Notes under the pieces: generated by a model | Told to the model about the DNA's origin: nothing | Seen by the model: the letters and a program-made list of their open reading frames with translations, nothing else | Databases searched by the model: none | Assembly: GCA_964016885.1 (NCBI GenBank) | Contig: OZ024742.1 | Location: 254,448,001 to 254,512,000 of the forward strand | Direction of reading: 5' to 3' | Source of the DNA: Eledone cirrhosa | Lineage: Eukaryota | DNA length: 64,000 bases | Shown here: positions 1 through 13,300 of the stretch, piece after piece | Position numbering within the stretch: the stretch's first letter is position 1 | Layout of the letters: every line of letters begins with the position of its first letter | Translations under genes and position numbers: made by a program

Positions 1-1045
1 GAACTTAGATTTTACATGTGGGCGGTGCTCTGGTGCAATAAGTAGCAGCAAGTGCCAAGAGAATACTAGCTCTTTCAATTGCGCAGAGGGCTCTATAGAA
101 ATAGTGGACAGCTTCCGTTACCTGGGTGACATAGTACAGTAGCTAGAGTCAGAACTGGATGGAAAAAGTTCAGAGAGCTTATACCACTATTAGCCGCTAA
201 AGGGTTCTCCCTAAAAATGAAAGGCAGGTTGTATGATGCCTGCATACGAACAGCAATGTTGCATGGCAGTGAGACCTGGGCATTGTGCGCAGAGGATATA
301 CGCAGACTAGAGAGGAACGAAGCTTGCATGCTCCGCTGGATGTGTAATAGTAATATACGTGAACAGCAAAGCATAAACGAACTAAGGAAAAAATTAGAAA
401 TAAGAGGGATCAGATGTTGTTTACTCGGGAGAAGGCTACGTTGGTACGGACACGTGATGCGCATGAAAGTCGATAGCTGTATAACAAAGTGCAGGGCAAT
501 AAAGATAGACGGTAGCCACGGAATAGGCAGACCTAGAAAATCCTGGGACGAGCTGATAAACTCCGACCTCACACACTTACACCTCTCCAAGACAATGTCA
601 CTGGACCGAGACCTTTGGCGGTACTCAGTAACAGAGAAGACCCGCCTTACCTAAATACATAGTAAAACCTACTACAGTCAGTAGGCATCTCTAACAAAAT
701 ACACCCCCGTCCCACCACCCCCACCCCATCCACACCACCGTGTTCTATGTAAACTTATGTTGGTGCCACAACATCCAGGCCGAAACAAATGAGATCGTGT
801 AGGTGTCACGACAAAAAAACACACAGTCCACGCTGTAATGTGGCCGTGTAGGCAACACGGTAAAAACCTCCCAGACCCACACTGTAAATGTGGTTGGTGT
901 TAGGAAGGGCATCCAGCTGTAGAAAACCCACCAGACAGTCCTATGCGAGCAAGACAATCACTCTTGCCTCAAGTGGGAATACCCCCATCCAAACCCATGC
1001 AAGCGTGGAACACGGACGTTAAACGTTGATGATGATGATGATGAT
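1..1045 (+). mobile_element. RTE-clade LINE, family A, 3' fragment running off the window start
   Basis: ORF 217-654 matches the C-terminus of the 38582-41812 ORF (KGRLYDACIRTAMLHGSETW...RRLRWYGHVMR). Same 3' UTR and (GAT)n tail. About 30 bp deleted near 130. Confidence 0.95.
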
Positions 1046-1056
1046 ATATATATATT

Positions 1057-1213
1057 TGGTGTTAGGAAGGGCATCCAGCCATAGAAAACCTGCCAGATAG
1101 TCCTATATGAGCGAGATACGGTCACCCGACCAACCTTGCCTCAAGTGCGACAAATCCAGTCTAACCGATGCTAGCGTGGAAGATGGACGTTAAACGAAGA
1201 TGATGATGATGAT
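1057..1213 (+). mobile_element. RTE 3' terminal fragment
   Basis: TGGTGTTAGGAAGGGCATCCAGCC...GGACGTTAAACGAAGATGATG, nearly identical to the 3' end of the 18362-20659 copy. Confidence 0.85.
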
Positions 1214-1278
1214 ATATATATATATATATATTATAATAATAACATCAGCATCTTTATTAATATTATTATTATGCTGAA

Positions 1279-1409
1279 CCTTTACGATCTGAGTTCAAAT
1301 CCCGCCGAGGTTGACTTTGCCTTTCATCCTTACGGGGTCGATAAAATAACGTACCAGTAATGCACTGGGTAATTGCTGGCCTTGTGCCTAAAGTAGAAAC
1401 AATTATTAT
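1279..1409 (+). mobile_element. tRNA-derived SINE, family 1, 5'-truncated
   Basis: B-box GAGTTCAAATCCC, central GCCTTTCATCCTTACGGGGTCGATAAAATAA block, AATTATTAT tail. Near-identical to 29621-29810. Confidence 0.85.
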
Positions 1410-2110
1410 ACTGAACCTCCATTGTAACTTCAAACTACGAATGTTGAGAGCTTTCCTGCTTGCTCCGGTTTTTACCAAAACAATCTATTCGGAACATATA
1501 TATATATATGTATGTATATTGCTTAGACAACAACAAAAAGTTATTTAGGATAGAGAATAACTGCATAAGCTTCTTCTGCTTCTGCTACTATGACTACTAT
1601 TACTTCTACCATAAATATTATCATTACTACAACTGCTACAAACATCACCTCTACAACCATCAACAATAAAACTAATAATAATTTCTCTATTAGCCACAAG
1701 GGCTTGCCTATAGAAATCCAGCAAACATTATGAACATAGGAGGTACAGTACATGTTGGGTTAGAAAGACAAAGTTTATAAAAACAAGGGTAGAGGCAATG
1801 ATGTTATACAATGGACAGATTAATTTGATAAAACATGAAATATATATAAGATTATTATAAAACACAATAATCAACACATGGTATCATATATCTGGTTTAT
1901 CCTCACCCTGAGCAGATAAATCTTTCACCTTTAACACATGATATTAACATCATCACCATTTAACGTCCATTGTTCCATGCTTGCATGGGTTAGATGGGTC
2001 ATCCACGATGGGAGGCAAGTCTAGCCAGGGTTGACCATGTGTCATACCTTTCTCTGATAAGGACTGCACATTTGGCTGGGCATTTTACTGTTGGATGCCC
2101 TTCCTAACAC

Positions 2111-3284
2111 CATAAAACATAAAAATATTTATAGTTACACCGCCTCCACACACACACACAGGTGTGTACCCAGGTCTAGTCCAAACATCCCACATTTCTA
2201 CTTACCCATTATACACTATATACTTCTAAGGAATCACTAAAATACCCCGTAAACATTTCTTTGGTAAATTCATCCACACAAGCATACACATATCTCTTTA
2301 TATTCTTCTTTTGATATTTTAAGTAAAAGCTTAACATCATAGAGCTCCTGTAACTCCGATTCCATTGACATATTGCATAGATTTTCCTCTTCCAATTCAT
2401 ACACTTTATTAAACAACTCAGTGTTCTGGCAACTGTGTATTTCCTGGAATCATTTATTTCAGTATCTACTAGAGAACATTTCTGACAGAGCCTTTTATTT
2501 TTGCTCTTTGTCCTCTTCTTGTCTATTCCTGTCAAAACAGCTTGCTGGCCTTCCTCAACTTTCATTTCTTTCTCATCATTACCAGTGCGTGGGAAGGTCT
2601 ACTTAGGAGGAAGAATGTAAACATCTTTCATCTCAGAATTAGGAGGAGGTACCACAGCAAGAACTGCTTGAGGAACCATGGAGGAAGTCAATTTTCCAGT
2701 TCTTCTTGAAAATGAAACTGGTGATATGATGGTGCTACAAGAACAGTAGCTCCAAGAACTTGTTCATTACTTTCTTGTTTTCTGTCTCTCAGGGAACAAA
2801 ACCTCACACAGAATTTGTTGTTGTAAGTGTAATAACTAGGCTTTCTGCTCATCACAAGCAGTCTTATCACCTTTGATTCTGCACCTATAATTGGACAGAA
2901 TTCTAGAATGACCTTGTGGTGCTTAGGGGTCATGAGTACTGGCAAAGCTATACTGACTTCTCCTGACCTTCTTACATTAATATGGCAGTGATTATAAGCC
3001 CATATTGTTTAACAAAGGCAACTATGGCCTAGAGGTCAAAGCCATTTGCTAGGCTTTTAACAGTCATTTTTGTTTTGCATCTTCTCATGTACTGGGTTAT
3101 AAGCTTGTAAGTGGTGGTACAGGACATTATTTCTACTTGTTTCTTAAATTATTCTTCACTCCCAATGAATTTTACAGTTGGAGGCCCTTCCTAACACACA
3201 TAATACATAAAAACATTTATAGTTATACCCCTCCACACACACACACACAGGTGCATACCCAGGTCTAGTCAGAACATCTCACAT
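2111..3284 (-). mobile_element. Decayed L1/Tx1-like non-LTR remnant (ORF1-like) with duplicated 3' end
   Basis: About 100-bp direct repeats at 2097-2195 and 3184-3284. Interrupted minus-strand frames loosely resemble a LINE ORF1 (TQYMRRCKTKMTV...LLVMSRKPS). Clade assignment is weak. Confidence 0.35.
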
Positions 3285-3543
3285 ATCAGATAGAGTCTCT
3301 TTATAATCATCTTTAAAAGTATAGAAGATTCCCCCTACTTCATTTTTGAGACAAAGGTAAATCAATTTTCTCTCTGTTTGATTCTAAATATATTCTTCAG
3401 GTAAGAAGATACACTTTTTTGGTGACTTTGTAACTACTTGACTGTTTTGGTTTTTACATTTGCCAAGTCTTAACATTCTATATTAGAGACTATGTCACTG
3501 AACAATATTTGTGTTATTGCTGATATTTAAGAGTTAACTTCCC

Positions 3544-4666
3544 TTGTTAATGTGGTTTTGTGTGGTACAGAACATTAAACGTTAAGAAATGATTTGTTAA
3601 TGTAGTTTCATGTGGTACAGAACATTAAAAGTTGAAAAATGTTTTGATAATGTGGTTTCATGCGGTACAGGAAATTAAGAGTTAACACGTCTTGTTAATG
3701 TGTTTTCATGTGGTACAGGGCATTAAGGGTTAAGAAATGATTTCTTAATGCAGATTCATGTGGTACAGGACATTAAGAGTTAAGAAATGTTTTGTTAATG
3801 TGGTTTCATGTGGTACAGGACATTAAGAGTTAACAATTTAGCATTTAAACCGGCCGTATCTGGCCAAAATTCTCTCACCTCTTTTTGTTCAAACCGGCTG
3901 TAACTGGCTGCTCATACTGATGTTAAGGTATTGTTCCCAAAATAAATAATATCAAAATCTCATAGATTCGATATTAATGGAGATAATTATGTGAGGTAAA
4001 GCCTTTACTGTGAAAATATAATAGTAAATATAGAGTAATGTAATTGCTAAGATGTCTTGTAAATGTGGTTTCATGTGGTACAGGACATTAAGAGTTAAGA
4101 AATGTTTTGATAATGTGGTTTCATGTGGTACAGGACATTAAGAGTTAACACATCTTGTTAATGTGGTTTCATATGGTACAGGACATTAAGGGTTAAGGAA
4201 TGATTTCTTAATGTGGTTTCATGTGGTACAGGACATTAAGAGTTAACATGTCTTGTAAATGTGGTTTCTTGTGGTTGAGAACATTAAGAGTTAAGAAATA
4301 TTTTGTTAATGTGGTACCATGTGGTACAGGACATTAAGAGTTAACGTTTCTTGTTAATGAGCTTTCATGTGGTACACGACATTAAAAGTTAAGATATGAT
4401 TTGTTAATGTGGTCTCATGAGATACAGGACATTAAGAGTCAAGAAATGTTTTGATAATGTGGTTTCATGTGGTACAGGACATTAAGAGCTAACACGACTT
4501 GTTAATGTGGTTTCTTGTGGTTGAGAACATTAAGAGTTAAGAAATATTTTGTTAATTTGGTACCATGTGGACATTAAGAGTTAACATTTCTTGTTAATGT
4601 GGTTTCATGTGATACAGGACATTCAGAGTTAAGAAATATTTTGTTAATGTGGTACAATATATTAAG
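3544..4666. repeat. 48/50-bp minisatellite, about 19 units, interrupted at about 3830-4050
   Basis: Unit TTGTTAATGTGGTTTCATGTGGTACAGGACATTAAGAGTTAA plus GAAATGTT or CACGTC. Unit starts at 3544, 3594, 3644, 3692, 3742, 3792, 4057, 4107, 4155, 4205, 4253 and onward. Confidence 0.95.
3830..4052. mobile_element. Decayed MITE inserted at a TTAA (piggyBac-like)
   Basis: Interrupts the minisatellite at GAGTTAA. Starts TTAACAATTTAGCATT and ends AATTGCTAAG (weak inverted ends). Confidence 0.45.
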
Positions 4667-5411
4667 CATAAAAACAACTCTATCTTTCTAGTTCAATCTT
4701 TTGAGATGTATTGCTGTATTTTCTGACAGTTGATTAAATATTTATGATTTCAAATGTATCACTATTTGTAATATATTTGATAAGTTCCGTCACTATTTTT
4801 CTTACTAAACACAATCTCTTGTAGTTTATATGTTATAACCTCGCCTCTTTCATTACTCGAAGATTCAAATATTTTATAAAATTTCTTTTTTTCCTAGATG
4901 CTTCTTCAAATACAGATTCTACCACCTTGAAGAAAATCATCTTTCAATTATAGATGCATATGTCTCGTATATTCAATGATTTTTCGTCAAAACTACATAA
5001 ATCCAGGTTCACTCCCAGTGTGGCACTTTAGGTATGTTTCTTCTATTATAGTCTAACCCCAGATTGACCAACCAATGCTTTGTGAGTGAAATTTAGTATC
5101 ATATATACTAAAATATCCACCAGACTTGAAAATGTAAGTACTTGGGTTAATATCTTCTTCAACCATTTATTCCTGAGAGGGTTATGCTGCTTTCACCCTT
5201 AACAGGATCTTCTAAAGCTAAAAAATGCAATCTGTGAATGCAGAAGTAAATATTTCGAAAAACTTAACACACTATATATATATATAAATATATACACACA
5301 CTATATGTAGCGGGATCTCAGAAACTTAATTAAGAATGTAGGCTTCACATGTAGCAGATGTGCTGGGACAGCAAGCAGCAAACAGCCACAGGAAACAAGT
5401 ACCACCAATCT

Positions 5412-6338
5412 GTGGGAGGGCTCTGTAGAGACAGTAGACAGCTTCTGCTACCTAGGTGACCGAATTAGCAGCGGAGGTGGGTGTTCAGAAAGTACAATAA
5501 CTAGGATAAGAACGGGATGGAAGAAGTTCAGGGAGCTACTGCCACTGCTAGCTGCAAAAGGCTTTTCCCTCAAAATGAAAGGCAGACTGTATGATGCGTG
5601 TATATGAACAGCAATGTTACATGGTAGTGAGACCTGGGCGTTGAATGTGGAAGACTTGCGTAGATTAGAAAGAAACGAAGCCTGCATGCTCTGATGGATG
5701 TGTAATAGTAATATACGCGAACGGCAAAGCATAAATGAATTGAGAGAAAGACTGAGCATAAGAGGAATCAAACGCTGTGTGCAGGAGAGGCGATTGCGTT
5801 GGTATGGACATGTGATGTGTATGAAGGATGACAGCTGCATAAAAAGGTGCAGAGCACTAGAAGTCGATGGTTACCGCGGAGTAGGGAGACCCAAGAAGAC
5901 CTGGGACAGGTGATAAAAGCCGACCTTACCCAATTACACCTCTCAAAGGCGATGACACACGACCGTGACCTCTGGCGTCATGCAGTAATACAGAGTACCC
6001 GACCTCCCATGGGTACAAGCCGAAGCTGAAGCATATAGACAATATGCCCCCACACCCTCCCACTTCAAAGTGGTCGTGGAGTTGCCACGGCAAAAAAGCA
6101 CCCAGCCCACACTGTAAAGTGGACGTGGAGGTGCCACGGAAAAAAAGCACCCATCATTCACTGTAAATGAGAAGATGGTGTTAGGAAGGGCATCCAGCTG
6201 TAGAAATCAAGCCAGAATCAATTCCTGTATGAGCAAGACAAGGTCAGCCGACCAGACACTGCCCACAACAGGACAACCCGTCTAACCCATGCTAGCGTGG
6301 AAGAACGGACGTAAAACGGTGATGATGATGATGATGAT
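5412..6338 (+). mobile_element. RTE LINE, family B, 5'-truncated pseudocopy
   Basis: Stop-interrupted homology to the RTE C-terminus (QERRLRWYGHVM...GRPKKTW), family-B 3' UTR and (GAT)n tail. Confidence 0.92.
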
Positions 6339-6469
6339 ACACACACACACACAGCGTCATAATGTCGTAATGCAGACAATCAGACATACAGACAGATATT
6401 ATAGGGCGCAACGTCGTAGCTATGTATCTATCGAAAAAGAAAGACTAAGAATTATAGACAGAGATCGCC

Positions 6470-6639
6470 AAATCGCCTAATGCGGTCCCTAGGACATTGA
6501 AAATTGAAATTTCTTTTGCTCAAAACACTCACACGACCATAAGTATTACTTGTGTAAAGTTTGAAAAAAATCGGTTTCGTGGTTCTCGAGTTTTAGAGAG
6601 TCAGACAGACAGACTGACATTCTCTTTTTAGATATATAG
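6470..6639 (-). mobile_element. Non-autonomous Helitron-like terminal fragment
   Basis: TGTGTAAAGTTTGAAAAAAATCGG...(CAGA)n...TATATAG architecture, as in Lep1/DINE-1-like rolling-circle elements. Similar block at 32744-32842. Confidence 0.4.
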
Positions 6640-7229
6640 CTTATTTTATTCATAAGAATATATGATGACTAAAAATAAATTATTTTATTTCTTTACTTCT
6701 TTCTGACATTAAACTGTGAGCATGATGGCACACCACCTTGACTTACTCAATTATATCAACCCCACTATTTACTTTTTCAAGTCTGTTAAATATTTTATTG
6801 ATTGTGTTTGTAAAACCACTAATTTAGTAATGCAAGCACAGTCACACAAACACAATTATATATACACACACATATACACCACCCACAGATATATGTGTGT
6901 GTTTCCAAATACAACAGACTTCTGCAGTTTCTATCCACCAACTTCCACTCACAAGGCATATATAAATAGAGAGGTGTCTGTGTGTATGCCCTGTAACTTG
7001 TCAGTTTGTAAAACAAAATTGCTCAAATGAATATAGGGATGAATACAATCAACTGAATCCCTTGAAGGGGGTGCTCCAGCATGGCTATAGTCTAATGACT
7101 GAAACCAGTAAAAGAATTTAAAATATAAATAATTATTATATAGTCAGTTTGTGTTTCAAGTGTAAATTATCTTCAGACCATTGATAATTCTTCAGGATTT
7201 TTCAACCATTAATTCTGTTTCTAATAACG

Positions 7230-7854
7230 TGATATGATGATGATAATGAGGTTGATGATGATGTCAGATGATAGTAATGATGATGATGATGATGGCAGAT
7301 GATAATAATGATGATGATGTCAGATGATAGTAATGATGATGATGATGATGGCAGATGATAGTAATGATGATGATGATGATGGTGATGATGATGGCAGATG
7401 ATGATGATGGCATATGATAGTAATGATGATGATGATGATGATGGCATATGATAGTAATGATGATGATGATGATGATGGACAGATGGTAGTAATTGATGAT
7501 GAGGATGGTGATAATGATGGTGATGATGACAATGATGATGTTGGTAACGATGATGATGATGATGTTGATGATCATGATGACGGTGGTGACAATGATGATG
7601 GTGATGATGATGGCGATGGTGATGGATGATGGTGGTGGCGGTGATAATGATAGTGATGGTGATATTGGTGATGATGATAGTGAAGATGATCGTAGCGATG
7701 ATGATGATGATGATGATATTGATAAAAAATGTTGATAATGATGATATTGATGATGATGGTGGAGGTGGTGACAATGAAGATGGTGATGATAACGATGGAG
7801 GTGATGATGAGGATGATGGTGTTGGTAATGGCGGTGATGATGATGATGATGATA

Positions 7855-7886
<32 letters not shown>

Positions 7887-8222
7887 AATGATGATGATGG
7901 GATGGTGGTGATGATGATGGTGATGATATTGATGGTGGCAGTGGTAGTGATTATGATGGTCATGATGGTGATGATGATGATGATGATGATGAGGATGCTG
8001 GTGGTGATTGTTGTGATGGCAGTCTTCTTCATGAGTATGAGTTGGTCTCAGGTTGATGTTCACATCATCAATATCAGAGAAGAGTCATCAGTTTTCACAG
8101 CTTCACGGAACCCCATGATGGTGGTGATGGAGATGATGATGATCATGATGACTGAGATGATGATGAGGGTGATGATGATCATGATAATGAAGGTGCTGAT
8201 GGTGATGATGACAGTGATGATC
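7230..8222. repeat. Imperfect (GAT)n/(GGT)n microsatellite
   Basis: Directly visible. Confidence 0.97.
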
Positions 8223-8698
8223 ATAATAATTGTTTCTACTTTTGGCCCAAGGCCAGCAATTACCCCAGTGCATTACTGGCACTTTATTTTATCAACCCCA
8301 TCAGGATAAAAGGCAAAGTTAATCTTGGCGGGATTTGAACTCAGAACGTAAAAGGACAAAACTCAATGCTGCGAAGCATGTTGTCTGACGCTCTCCCGAT
8401 TCTGCCAATCCACCGCCCATTCAACTATAATTACAGTCCATCTGACAGACATACAAACAGCTTTCTGATGCCCAGTTTTACTCACAAGGCTTGGGATGAT
8501 GCGAGGCTATGGGAAATAATTATTTCTACTTTTGGCACAAGGCCAGCAATAATCCCAGTGTATTACTGGTACTTTATTTTATCAACCCCATAAGGATGAA
8601 AGGCAAAGTTAACCTTGGCGGGATTTGATATCAGAACGTAAAGGGGCGTAGCTCTATGCTACAAAGCATGGCGTCCGACCCTCTACCGATACTGCCAA
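8223..8698 (-). mobile_element. Two SINE family 1 copies (8223-8419 and 8516-8698)
   Basis: Reverse complements of the SINE at 29621-29810, with A-box TGGCAG(A/T)ATCGG and B-box. Confidence 0.85.
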
Positions 8699-8734
8699 TG
8701 ATGATGATGATCATCATCATCATTATGATTATGG

Positions 8735-8920
8735 TGATGAGTCTATTGTTGATTTCAGTAATGACTATTCAGTAAATTGATCAACTGAATGTTCAACACA
8801 CAAAATTAGCATGTAAGTGGTTGAGTATTCCAGAGACACATACACCCCTAACATAATTTTCAAGCAGAATCAGCATAACACAATATGTGACAAAGCTAGA
8901 CCTTCTAATTTACTGACACA
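8735..8920 (+). repeat. Old dispersed repeat (SINE-like)
   Basis: TGATCAACTGAA...AAATTA(A/G)CAT...GAGTATTCCA...GTGTGACA block recurs at 60700-60955 (+), 62055-62225 (+) and 16140-16290 (-). Confidence 0.6.
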
Positions 8921-8964
8921 GTCCAGCAGATGGGCTTCCACACAATTTGTGTCAACTCAAATCT

Positions 8965-9078
8965 TGATGATGGTGGTGATAGTGATGATGGCAATGGTGA
9001 TGATGATGATGATGATACTGATGATTGTGATGATGATAGTGATGACGATTGTGATGATGATGGTGATGATGCTGATGC

Positions 9079-9123
<45 letters not shown>

Positions 9124-9258
9124 CGAGTGTGATGATTGTGATGACAATGCTGCTGCTGATGATGATGATGATTGTGATGATGATGATGATGATGATGATG
9201 CTTGTGATGATGATGGTGATGGTGTTGATGATGATGATGACGATTGTGATGACAATGC

Positions 9259-9290
<32 letters not shown>

Positions 9291-9316
9291 GTGATGCTGA
9301 TGATTGTGATGACAAT

Positions 9317-9347
<31 letters not shown>

Positions 9348-9502
9348 ATGATTGTGATGCTGATGTTGATGAAGATGATTGTGATGACAATGCTGCTGAT
9401 GATGATGATGATGATTGTGATGCTGTTGCTGCTGCTGATGATGATGATGCAGATGATTGTGATGATGTCAAAGATGATGTCAAAGATGATGATGATGATG
9501 AT
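8965..9502. repeat. Imperfect (GAT)n microsatellite
   Basis: Directly visible. Confidence 0.97.
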
Positions 9503-9757
9503 TTCGACTTACACTGCATACTTTTTTATCAAATAAACGATCTATACAATATAGAGAGCATTATTACCATACGTACCAGTAATGCACTGGGTATTTGCTG
9601 GCCTTGTGCCTTGCGCCCTTGTGGCTAATAAAGAAATCAATAATTACCATACGTATTTGGTGAGCAGTTGAAATCAGCAAGTTGGTTGGATAACATCGAT
9701 GAGCTTGGCTGGTCTCGCTTCAGGATCCTGCAGGATCAACTGGAGACGGTTACTTCT

Positions 9758-10013
9758 GAAGAAGAAGAAGAAGGAGAAGGAGAAGAAGAAGAAGAAGGAA
9801 AAGAAGAAGAAGAAGAAGGAAAAGAAGAAGAAGAAGAAGAAGGAAAAGAAGAAGAAGAAGAAGAAGGAAAAGAAGAAGAAGGAAAAGAAGAAGAAGGAAA
9901 AGAAGAAGGAGGAGGAGGAGGAGAAGAAGAAGAAGGAAAAGAAGAAGAAGAAGAAGAAGAAGAAGGGGAAGAAGAAGAAGAAGAAGAAGAAGAAGAAGAA
10001 GAAGAAGAAGAAA
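9758..10013. repeat. (GAA)n polypurine tract
   Basis: Directly visible, purine-only on the + strand. Confidence 0.97.
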
Positions 10014-10062
10014 GGCTTTGTCATTTTGCTTCCTATTCCATTGTCACCATTATTTCTGCGGT

Positions 10063-10275
10063 AGGGAAGGTGTATTGGTAGAATCGTTACTGAATCTAAT
10101 GAAATATTTTGCAGTATTTCATTACAATCCTTTACATACTGAGTTCAAATTCCACCAAGTTCAACTTTACCTTTCATCTGTCTAGGTCAATGAAATAAAG
10201 TAACAGTCAAGTACTTGGGTCAATATAACTGATTTACACTTTTCCCACAAATTGCTGACTTTTTGTCTAAATTCA
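10063..10275 (+). mobile_element. Old SINE family 1 copy
   Basis: TGGTAGAATCG A-box-like, GAGTTCAAATTCC B-box and CTTTACCTTTCATC core. Similar old copies at 18100-18235 (-), 21146-21297 (-) and 57862-58033 (+). Confidence 0.7.
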
Positions 10276-10391
10276 TTAATTTACTTCTTGTTTCTTAAGG
10301 TGAGCCTTGACATATATTGTTAGCTGTATCTTATCTACTGAATCACTGGACTTATTAACGGTTTAATTATAAGTTTTGTTTTTTAATGATA

Positions 10392-13300
10392 GAGTTCTAT
10401 TGGCGGTGGTAGAGCAGTATTGGAGGTTGTAGAAGTGTATTGGAGGTGGTAGAGGTGTATTGGAGGTGGTAGAGGTATATTGGAGGTGGTAGAGCAGTAT
10501 TGGAGGTGGTAGAGGTATATTGGAGGTGGTAGAGGTATATTGGAGGTGGTAGAGGTATATTGGAGGTGGTAGAGCAGTATTGGAGGTTGTAGAGATATAT
10601 TGGAGGTGGTAGAGCAGTATTGGAGGTTGTAGAGGTATATTGGAGGTGGTAGAGCAGTATTGGAGGTTGTAGAGGTATATTGGAAGTGGTAGAGCAGTAT
10701 TGGAGGTGGTAGAGGTGTATTGGAGGTGGTAGAGCAGTATTGGAGGTGGTAGAGGTATATTGGAGGTGGTAGAGGTATATTGGAGGTGGTGGAATTGTAT
10801 TAGGGGTGGTAGAGGTGTATTGGAGGTGGTAGAGTTCTATTGGAGGTGGTGGAGGTGTATTGGAGATGGTAGAGGTATATTAGAGGTGGTAGAGGTATAT
10901 TGGAGGTGGTGGAATTGTATTAGGGGTGGTAGAGGTGTATTGGAGGTGGTAGAGTTCTATTCGAGATGGTAGAGGTATATTGGAGGTGGTGGAGGTGTAT
11001 TGGAGGTGGTAGAGATGTATTGGGGGTGGTAGAGATGTATTGGCGGTGGTAGAGGTGTATTGGAGGTGGTGGAGGTGTATTGGAGGTGGTAGAGGTATAT
11101 TGGAGGTGTTAGAGGTATATTGGAGGTGGTAGAGGTGTATTAGAGGTGGTGTAGGTGTATTGTGGGTGATAGAGGTGTATTGGAGGTGGTAGAGTTATAT
11201 TGGAGGTGGTAGAGGTATATTGGAGGTGGTGGAGGTATATTGGAGGTGGTAGAGGTGTATTGGAGGTGGTAGAGGTGTATTGGAGGTGGCAGAGGTGTAT
11301 TGGAGGTGGTAGAGGTGTATTAGAGGTGTAGAGATATATTGGAGGTGTAGAGATGTATTGGAGGTGGTAGAAGAGTATTGGAGGTGGTAGAGGTGTATTG
11401 GAGGAGGTAGAGGTATATTGGAGGTTGTAGAGGTGTATTGGAGGTGGTAGAGTTTTATTGGAGGTGGTAGAGCAGTATTGGAGGTGGTAGAGGTGTATTG
11501 GGGGTGGTAGCGGTGTATTGGAGGTGGTAGAGGTATATCGGAGGTGGTAGAGGTATATCGGAGGTGGTAGAGGTGTATTGGAGGTGGTGGAGGTGTATTT
11601 GTGGTGGTGGAGGTGTATTGCATGTGGTAGAGGCGTATTGGAGGTGGTAGAGGTGTATTGGAGGTGGCAGAGGTATATTGGAGGTGGTAGAGGTATATTG
11701 GAGGTGGTAGAGGTATATTGGAAGTGGTAGATGTGTATTGGAGGTGGTAGAGGTATATTGGAGGTGGTAGAGGTGTATTGGAGGTGGTAGAGGTGTATTG
11801 GAGGTGGTAGAAGTGTATTGGAGGTGGTGGAGGAGTATTGGTGGTGGTGGAGGTATATTGGAAGTGGTAGATGTGTACTGGAGGTGGTAGAGGTATATTG
11901 GAGGTGGTAGAGGTGTATTGGAGGTGGTAGAGGTGTATTGGAGGTGGTAGAGGTGTATTAGAGGTGGTGGAGGAGTATTGGTGGTGGTGGAGGTATATTG
12001 GAAGTGGTAGATGTGTACTGGAGGTGGTAGAGGTATATTGGAGGTGGTAGAGGTGTATTGGAGGTGGTAGAGGTGTATTGGAGGTGGTAGAGGTGTATTG
12101 GAGGTGGTGGAGGAGTATTGGTGGTGGTGGAGGTGTATTGCAGGTGGTAGAAGAGTATTGGTGGTGGTGGAGGTATATTGGAAGTGGTAGATGTGTACTG
12201 GAGGTGGTAGAGGTATATTGGAGGTGGTAGAGGTGTATTGGAGGTGGTAGAGGTGTATTGGAGGTGGTGGAGGAGTATTGGTGGTGGTGGAGGTGTATTG
12301 CAGGTGCTAGAGTTGTATTGCAGGTGGTAGATGTGTATTGGAGGTGGTAGAGGTATATTGGAGGTAGTAGAGGTGTATTGGAGGTGGTAGAGGTGTATTG
12401 GAGGTGGCAGAGGTATATTGGAGGTGGTAGAGGTATATTGGAGGTGGTAGAGGTATATTGGAAGTGGTAGATGTGTACTGGAGTTGGTAGAGGTATATTG
12501 GAGGTGGTAGAGGTGTATTGGAGGTGGTAGAGGTGTATTGGAGGTGGTAGAGGTGTATTGGAGGTGGTGGAGGAGTATTGGTGGTGGTGGAGGTGTATTG
12601 CAGGTGGTAGAGGTGTATTGCAGGTGGTAGAGGTATATTGGAGGTGGTAGAGGTATATTGGAGGTAGTAGAGGTATATTGGAGGTGGTAGAGGTGTATTG
12701 GAGGTGTAGAGATGTATTGGAGGTGGTAGAGGTGTATTGCAGGTGGTAGAGGTGTATTGGAGGTGGTAGAGGTGTATTGGAGGTGTAGAGATGTATTGGA
12801 GGTGGTAGAGGTGTATTGCAGGTGGTAGAGGTGTATTGGAGGTGGTAGAGGTATATTAGAGGTGGTAGAGGTATATTGGAGGTGTAGAGATGTATTCGAG
12901 GTTGTAGAAGTGTATTGGAGGTGGTAGAGGTGTATTGGAGGTGGTAGAGGTATATTGGAGGTGGTAGAGGTGTATTGGAGGTGTAGAGATGTATTGGAGG
13001 TGGTAGAGGTATATTGGAGGTGGTGGAGGTGTATTGCAGGTGGTAGAGGTGTATTGGAGGTGGTGGAGGTGGTAGAGGTGTATTACAGGTGGTAGAGGTG
13101 TACTGGAGGTGGTAGAGGTGTATTGGAGGTGGTAGAGGTATATTGGAGGTGGTAGGGGTATATTGGAGGTGGTAGAGGTGTATTGGAGGTGGTAGAGGTG
13201 TATTGGAGGTGGTGGAGGTGTATTGGAGGTGGTAGAGGTGTATTGGAGGTGGTAGAAGTGTATTGGAGGAGGTAGAGGTATATTAGAGGTGGTAGAGGTG

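Noticed and set aside
3544-4666. CRISPR-like regular repeat
   Set aside because: No unique spacers, no cas genes, eukaryotic context.
4898-4979. Possible terminal exon CFFKYRFYHLEENHLSIIDAYVSYIQ*
   Set aside because: Only an acceptor-like site supports it. No recognisable homology or secure upstream exon.
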